64,000 nt of DNA, taken from sequence record OR455461.1; one strand, 5' to 3'. The DNA comes from Staphylococcus phage AH12. The translations under genes were made by a program, and so were the position numbers. The notes under the pieces were generated by a model that did not search any database, had not been told where the DNA came from, and worked only from the letters and a program-made list of their open reading frames with translations. Positions 58,053 through 64,000 of the stretch are shown piece after piece (the first letter of the stretch is position 1; every line of letters begins with the position of its first letter).

Positions 58053-60403
58053 GATTCACATTCAACAATACCTTGAGAATTTTCATCATGGTCTGGTGAA
58101 TAAATACGAGTATAATACATAGATTTAATACCTTTACTGTAAGCATAGTTACGTAATCTACTAATATCACGAGTAGTAGTTTCTTTATCTAAAGAATCTT
58201 TTTTCCATTCATACAATTCAGGATCAAGTTCATTCATTAAATAAATATTCATAGAGATACCTTGATCAACATGATATTGAGCTTCTGAATATAAATCAAT
58301 CATATCACGCATATCTAATTGATAAGCATTTTTCTTAAAGTAATCAAAGTTATCTGGTGTAATACCTGGTGCTGGATAGAAAGTAGTACCTGTTTTACCT
58401 TCTACACGTTCTTCAATTAATTCAACAATAGGGTGAATTGAAGGTGATACTTCTCTAACATAACCAATAGAACCATTAGGTGCTACAGCTAATCTATTTT
58501 GATTGTATAAACCATCCATAACGATATTATTTCTTAATTGTTCCCAATCACTATCAGATGGAATAAAGATATCTTCAAATAATTCTTTAACTTTTTCAGT
58601 ACGTGGTTGAATATTTTTACCAATATAACGTTTATCAAAGTAAGAACCATCAGCATATTCAGTTTTTTCAAATAAATAGAATGATTCATCTTTTTCTTTA
58701 GCAATTTTATTTGATTCAACTAACGTCCAATAGTTTAATAGCATGAAATAAATATTAGTGAAATCTTTAGATTCTTCTGATCCATATTGAATATGATTTT
58801 CAGCTAAATAAGTGTGTAATCCCATTGCACCTAAACCAACTGTATGGAATAAATCATTAGCTTTCTTAACTGTAGGTACAGCTTCAATATTAGATTTTTC
58901 TGCTACTGAATTTAAACTTCTTAACATAGTTCCAACTGATTTACCAAAGTCTTCTGATTTCATTAAACCAGGTACGATAGTTGAAGCTAAGTTACATGAA
59001 ACATCTGTTCCTGTTTTAACATATTGTTGATTATCGTCAACTAATGAAGGGTATTGTACTTGCAGAATTTCACTACACAAATTACTCATTTTAATTGTAC
59101 CATGACTAATTGGATTAGCTCTATTAGCTGTATCAATATTAATAATATAAGGATATCCAGATTCTTGTTGTAATTTACTAATAGTAGTTTCTAAATCACG
59201 AGCATACATTTTCTCTTTACCAATACGTTTATCATCTACAAAGATATCATAGTAAGTATTAAAGTCAATACTATCGAAATCTAAATCATAATATTTTTTA
59301 ATATCATATGGACTAAATGTATATAATGATTTATTTTCTTTAACTAATTGGTAATATTTATCTGGAACTGTTAAACCTAATGAAATAGTTTTTAGTCTTA
59401 CTTTCTCATCAGCATTTTCTTTCTTAGTATCTAAGAATTTCACTACATCTTTATGGAAAATATTTAAGTAAAGTGCACCTGCACCATTTCTTTGCATTTA
59501 TATTAACTATATGAAATTCATATAGATTAGACTATATCTTATACTATTAATAAGTATTATTATATTTAGTCGTTGAACAATCATCTTGATTGATGCTGAT
59601 TAAGTTTATAAACTTTTCCAGCAATTAATATTATTTATACTGAGCCATTAAAATTAACCCAGTTGATTTACATATGATAAAGTATCTTCAAATACTTTCA
59701 TAACTGGAACTACTCCTGAAGCAGCACCTTCAACACCTTTAATTGGATCATTATCAGCACGTAGATTACTTAAAGATACTCCTATTCCTCCACCACGTTT
59801 ACTTAATTGTGCCACATTAGAGATATTTCTATAAATAGATGATAAAGAATCCTCCATAGTTAATAAGAAACAACTTACTAACTCACCAGAACGTACTCTA
59901 CCTGCATTAAGAAATGTAGGTGTAGCTGGTTGGAAAGTACCTGTAATAATTTCATTAGCAATATCTCTAGCTAATTCTTCATCACCGTCAGCTAAGTATA
60001 AAGCTACAAATAAAATTCTATCTTCATATAGTTCTAATAAGATTTCCCCTGCATCATCTTTCATTGCATACTGTTCATAGAATTTTTTAGCTCCTAATAA
60101 ACGAGTAAAACGATGTTTATAAGCCATTAATTCTTTCATTAATCCTTTAATAAATTCAAAATTATAGTTATTGATCATATCTCCATCAATATAATCATTA
60201 TTAACTAAGTAATTAATTTTTTCCTTATATGTTTTAAAATATCTTACATTCTTATTAACTTTTTCATCGAAGTATTTACTAACAGAAGCTAACTCAAATT
60301 CTAGATCTAAATTACCGTCTTTTAATTGTGAACCTCTTGAATTCAATTCATTGTATGAATAATCTTTGAACTTTTCTGAGTTTAAGTCTATTTCTTTTGT
60401 CAT
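58040..60403 (-). CDS. nrdE: ribonucleotide reductase class Ib alpha subunit. Split gene: join(60403..59657, 59494..58040), about 733 aa
   Basis: Exon 1 has ..TFQPATPTFLNAGR..GELVSCFLL..SKRGGGIGVSLSNLR... Exon 2 has ..QRNGAGALYLNIFH.. and the C-terminal Cys pair (CESCSI). Predicted splicing gives the seamless ..NQLG-QRNGAGA.. junction. Confidence 0.8.
59495..59656 (-). ncRNA. ultra-compact group I intron (162 nt) in nrdE
   Basis: P1 is exon CUGGGU paired to IGS GCUCAG (C-G, U-A, G-C, G.U, G-C, terminal U.G), 11-nt loop. P/Q/R/S cores AAUUGCUGG, AAUCAGCAUC, GUUCAACGACUAAAU, AAGAUAUAGUCUA. P9-like hairpin CUAUAUG..CAUAUAG. Ends ..AUAUAAAUG. The ATG of the downstream ORF is actually the intron 3' end. 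Confidence 0.8.
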
Positions 60404-60423
60404 TTTATCCTATCTCCTTATAT

Positions 60424-60846
60424 CTATACTAACTCTAAATCTTTATTTATAATACTAGAGTTACTTAAGTCTTTTAATTTTTTATTTAATTCGATATGTT
60501 CATTTTTAATTCCGAATAATTCTATACCCATTAATAATTCTAAATTAAAATCATTACATAATTTCTTAGGTGTAGTTAAGAATTCATAATTAAGATTTCT
60601 ATTACCTGAACCTACAATGCCAATACATCTACTTAGATTCATTCCATTACTAAAGAACTTTTTAACGTGATTATAAATTGCATGTGGAGTATTATAAGAT
60701 CCACATATAAGTATATAATCTTCATTCATTTCTATTTCTTCACAGTTATTTCTATTAAGTTCAATAGGTTCTCCAACTATTGTTTTGTCTAATTTATCTG
60801 CAAATTTTTTACTATTACCTGTTAGAGTAAAATAAACTAATTTCAT
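60424..60846 (-). CDS. nrdI: flavodoxin-like RNR class Ib activation protein
   Basis: 140 aa. N-terminal KLVYFTLTGNSKKF typical of NrdI. Position between nrdH and nrdE. Confidence 0.7.
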   Translation of the reverse strand: MKLVYFTLTGNSKKFADKLDKTIVGEPIELNRNNCEEIEMNEDYILICGSYNTPHAIYNHVKKFFSNGMNLSRCIGIVGSGNRNLNYEFLTTPKKLCNDFNLELLMGIELFGIKNEHIELNKKLKDLSNSSIINKDLELV

Positions 60847-60941
60847 GAAAATCTCTCCATTTAATTATATTTTCTAAATTCGAGGTTTAAAATAGATCCA
60901 TCATAAGTTATCCTTATGATAGATCATTTTAATTCATATAT

Positions 60942-61145
60942 TTAATATCCTACTTGACGATATTCCCAGTTCCAAAAACTACCATCAGACTCAAAGGTAT
61001 AATTCCAACCTTCAATACTGAAATTTTCTTTATAAGGTCCTTCGTATAAAGGTTTATCATTTAATTCTTTAACTTGACCGTTTTGAACCATTTCAGCAAG
61101 TTTTTTATAATCTACTGATTCTTTATTTTCAAAGATAGTATTCAT
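60942..61145 (-). CDS. small hypothetical protein
   Basis: 67-aa ORF between nrdH and nrdI. Confidence 0.4.
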   Translation of the reverse strand: MNTIFENKESVDYKKLAEMVQNGQVKELNDKPLYEGPYKENFSIEGWNYTFESDGSFWNWEYRQVGY

Positions 61146-61163
61146 AATGATAAATCATCCTTT

Positions 61164-61397
61164 CTATAATGAAGATAATACTTGATTTAATTTAGCTGGA
61201 TCGTTTCCAACTACAACATCAGTACCGAAATCAATTACTGGTAAAGATTGATAGCCTTTAGATAAAAGATCTTCTTTAGCTTTTTCATCCTCATCAATAT
61301 TAATTTCTGTATATTCAATTCCTTGATTACCTAAAACCATTTTACTAAACATGCATTTACTACAATTATTCTTTGTATAAAATTTAATTTCTGGCAT
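61164..61397 (-). CDS. nrdH: glutaredoxin-like protein NrdH
   Basis: 77 aa. CSKC redox motif near the N-terminus. Thioredoxin-fold size. Leads the nrd cluster. Confidence 0.7.
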   Translation of the reverse strand: MPEIKFYTKNNCSKCMFSKMVLGNQGIEYTEINIDEDEKAKEDLLSKGYQSLPVIDFGTDVVVGNDPAKLNQVLSSL

Positions 61398-61435
61398 AAC
61401 TAACTCTAACCTCTTTCTATTCTAATTTTTATAAT

Positions 61436-62188
61436 TTATTTTTGGTATCTAATTAAGATACTATTAATTACTTTGATAAAATCTTCGTTCTGTTCTAATT
61501 TATTACCGAATTTTCCAATATAATCAACATTTTCAGAAAGAGATTTTATATAATAAGGAGATTTTTCATAATTTTGTAACATGTATGAACCTAATGAACA
61601 CATAAATTTATACAATGAATTTGTTTCTTTGAAACTATCACTGTCTAATGCATTTTTTAGATTTTCATAGATCTCTTCTAGATCAATATAATTGTATTCA
61701 TTATTTTCATTTCCATGAATTTTATTATGATTATAAATTTTCATATTTAATTTTTCATTTACTTTTTTAAGTTTATTTTCTTTAACAGGTAATTTACTAA
61801 TAGTAATATTATCTAACATATGTTTAGCTTCTTTACTATCTTTAATTTGTTCAATGATATTTTCAATTTGTTTAGCATCATTAATCTTTAAATCTTTTAA
61901 AGGTTTTAATCTTTCAGGAATATCTTCATCTTTTTCAAAAGTTAAATCACCATTAATGAAATCTAATTTCTCTTGATATCTTTGAACTTTAGAATCTACA
62001 GATAGTACATCATTGATATCAATATTATCTTTACCATAGTAAGTTGATAATTCTTTATTGATATCTTCCTTTTTTTCTTCGATTTCTTTTTCTAATTTAT
62101 CATTCTCTTCATCAAATTCTTCCATAGCATTTTGTAAATCTTTTTCTAGTTCTTCAACATATTTATTCTCTTCTACCATTTTTGACAA
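61436..62188 (-). CDS. hypothetical coiled-coil protein
   Basis: 250-aa ORF. Confidence 0.5.
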   Translation of the reverse strand: MSKMVEENKYVEELEKDLQNAMEEFDEENDKLEKEIEEKKEDINKELSTYYGKDNIDINDVLSVDSKVQRYQEKLDFINGDLTFEKDEDIPERLKPLKDLKINDAKQIENIIEQIKDSKEAKHMLDNITISKLPVKENKLKKVNEKLNMKIYNHNKIHGNENNEYNYIDLEEIYENLKNALDSDSFKETNSLYKFMCSLGSYMLQNYEKSPYYIKSLSENVDYIGKFGNKLEQNEDFIKVINSILIRYQK

Positions 62189-62194
62189 ATCTCC

Positions 62195-62995
62195 TTATTT
62201 ATATTTATTAATGAAATAATACTGTATTTCTCTAAATAATACATTATTATCTTCAAATGTGTCTCTTAATACATTAATAAGATTATTATCAAATCTAACA
62301 TCAGTAATTGATTGTTCTACTAACATTTTATCAATTTGATAATTATTCAATTCAGATTCTTCATCTAGAATTACAGTTTCAATAATATCTTCATTATCTC
62401 CAATATAAACTCCTTCAATAATATCTGGAATAGAATAAATCATTGCAGTGTATTCATTATCAATAGTTTTCTTTAAATTGTTATATGATAATGAAGTATT
62501 AATATCATCATTTAAATTATCTTCATAAGTCTTAGATAAGTGTACAATATTTTTTTCAATATGATTAATAAATAGATTATTAATCATTTCTTTTTTATTT
62601 AATACAAAGAAATAATATAATGATTTAATATACTGAGCTTTATCTTCAACTAAAATATCTTCTGAAAATTCAATAGATAATTGATAAGTATCTTGAATTG
62701 ATTCTAATATTTCATTTAAAATATCATTATAAACTTCTTTAGTTCTATTTAAAATATCATTATCTTCTTTATATCTTTCTAATACAAAATTAAATCGGAT
62801 TTCAAAATATTCAAAAAAATTCTTATGGTGTTGATCCGTATAAAACTGTTTTGTGTTAGATTCATGAATTTGATCTTTAATATTATCTACCATAATATCT
62901 TCAGAGATATTCATAATAATCTCATCGTATTCCTCTTTAACCATTTCTAAATCATCTTTATCATCAATTAAGTATGTCTTAGTCAAAATTTTCAC
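62195..62995 (-). CDS. hypothetical protein
   Basis: 266-aa ORF. Confidence 0.5.
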   Translation of the reverse strand: MKILTKTYLIDDKDDLEMVKEEYDEIIMNISEDIMVDNIKDQIHESNTKQFYTDQHHKNFFEYFEIRFNFVLERYKEDNDILNRTKEVYNDILNEILESIQDTYQLSIEFSEDILVEDKAQYIKSLYYFFVLNKKEMINNLFINHIEKNIVHLSKTYEDNLNDDINTSLSYNNLKKTIDNEYTAMIYSIPDIIEGVYIGDNEDIIETVILDEESELNNYQIDKMLVEQSITDVRFDNNLINVLRDTFEDNNVLFREIQYYFINKYK

Positions 62996-63167
62996 TTCCC
63001 ATTTATCTTTTTATTTTTATATAATATATTATTCTAACGAATAATTAAAATTTTCTTTTATCTTTTCTAAAATTAACTCTACTATACAACTTAGTTAATA
63101 CTATTTTTTAAAAATTTCCAATAAAATAGAGTAATGACGAAGTTAATCATCATTACTCTTATATATT

Positions 63168-64000
63168 TTATTTGAATAAATCCATAATACGTTTATTATT
63201 GTTGTCCATTGGTTTTTGTTGTTGACCAAATATAGAATTACTCATATCATTTCCTTCAATAACACTATTGATACGTTTTATTGAAGTAATATCTTTTCTT
63301 CTAGCTTCTTGTTCTTTTCTGATTCCTTCTGCATTTTCTCCGTTAGATGAGAGTTTAGAACCATATTTAATTTTTACAAATTTATTAATATCCTTTTCAT
63401 AATAATATGCATATAAACAGAATAAATAAGACATCATTAAGTCATCGTGACCTCCCGGTGGATGGTCAATACGTCCTTTAATCATTTGTAAAGATTTTAC
63501 TTCTTGGAAGAGTGCTTTATTATTAATTAAATATGGTTTTTCTTCAACAAGCATAGATAGTATTTCATTTAACATTATATCACGAGATTTTTTAGTTGTA
63601 TCAATACCATATCTACGAGTTTCTTTTTTAACTTTTTCATTTTTACCATATCTAGATACTTCATTAAATAAACCTTTATCTTCTACTTGTTTTTCAGCTA
63701 CACGAGTTTTAAGTGTATAGAATAGATTAGATTCTAAACCATCATAAGTTATCATATGATCAATTACTGTTAAACCTGCATAGTTACGTTCAGGTATTAA
63801 TATAGCGTTAGGTATATAGAAACTAACCAATTCTTTAATTAATTTTCTGAATGTAGGTCCATTAATTACGTTATTTTTAAATGTCATCACTGGTTCCAAA
63901 GTAGCTGGATCCACTACAGTAAATGCTGTATTATCTCGTCCTAAACCACCAGACATATCAATACCAATAAGCCAATTTTTCTCTGTAATATTATCCATAT
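63168..64000 (-). CDS. terminase large subunit, C-terminal RNaseH-like nuclease domain (5' part of gene lies beyond window end or in another exon)
   Basis: ..NWLIGIDMSGGLGRDNTAFTVVD.. and ..IDHPPGGHDDLMMSYLFCLYAYY.. match the catalytic Asp clusters of terminase nuclease domains. The ATPase domain is not in the window. Confidence 0.55.
   Translation of the reverse strand, partial: MDNITEKNWLIGIDMSGGLGRDNTAFTVVDPATLEPVMTFKNNVINGPTFRKLIKELVSFYIPNAILIPERNYAGLTVIDHMITYDGLESNLFYTLKTRVAEKQVEDKGLFNEVSRYGKNEKVKKETRRYGIDTTKKSRDIMLNEILSMLVEEKPYLINNKALFQEVKSLQMIKGRIDHPPGGHDDLMMSYLFCLYAYYYEKDINKFVKIKYGSKLSSNGENAEGIRKEQEARRKDITSIKRINSVIEGNDMSNSIFGQQQKPMDNNNKRIMDLFK

Noticed and set aside
58040-59497. nrdE as two separately translated polypeptides (genes-in-pieces RNR)
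   Set aside because: Split functional RNRs exist in phages. Here, however, the downstream ATG is the intron terminal AUG, it has no RBS, and P1/IGS pairing predicts a seamless NQLG-QRNG junction. Splicing is therefore the simpler explanation. Left as a refutation test.
59495-59656. Interpreting the intervening elements as MITEs/IS remnants, inteins, or translational-bypass (hop) elements
   Set aside because: All 7 copies are co-oriented with their host genes and carry group I P/Q/R/S cores with covarying helices, which argues against MITEs. They contain stop codons and are under 200 nt, which rules out inteins. At 140-180 nt with no matched take-off and landing codons they do not fit ribosomal bypassing.
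1-64000. tRNA genes and CRISPR arrays
   Set aside because: No cloverleaf-compatible sequence (GTTCRA T-loop with acceptor complement) was seen in intergenic gaps. No regularly spaced direct repeats with unique spacers were seen. The only tandem repeat is coding (20040..20130).

Overview
AT-rich (~25-30% GC), densely packed, mostly minus-strand window that reads as part of a large (jumbo-type) tailed phage of a low-GC Gram-positive host. The phage assignment is an inference. Content from low to high coordinates: (1) a tandem array of about 14 paralogous genes (194..11022, plus outliers at 19086, 30645, 31460) that share a conserved C-terminal 20-aa tag. (2) A phage multisubunit-RNAP beta-prime-like gene (11080..13246) and a family-B DNA polymerase catalytic-half gene (16337..18626); each is broken into several exons. 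(3) A MoxR-like AAA+ ATPase with a VWA/metallopeptidase partner, and a Dda/RecD-like helicase. (4) Two giant (~1950-aa) paralogous virion/tail proteins that carry M23, lysozyme and NlpC/P60 peptidoglycan-hydrolase domains, followed by putative tail sheath and tube genes. (5) A class Ib ribonucleotide reductase operon nrdH-nrdI-nrdE-nrdF with nrdE interrupted. (6) The nuclease domain of a large terminase at the window edge. The key observation: seven copies of a 142-183 nt structured element interrupt the RNAP (4 copies), PolB (2) and nrdE (1). They carry the canonical group I intron P/Q/R/S core sequences and a U.G 5' splice site paired to an internal guide sequence. Their helices covary between copies, and each ends in G. 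Predicted splicing reconstitutes the catalytic motifs exactly: ..NADFDGD.. in RNAP (through a 15-nt micro-exon), ..DTDS.. in PolB, and ..NQLG/QRNGAGA.. in NrdE. They look like a family of ultra-compact, ORF-less group I introns, smaller than the ~200 nt minimum I know of for natural group I introns.
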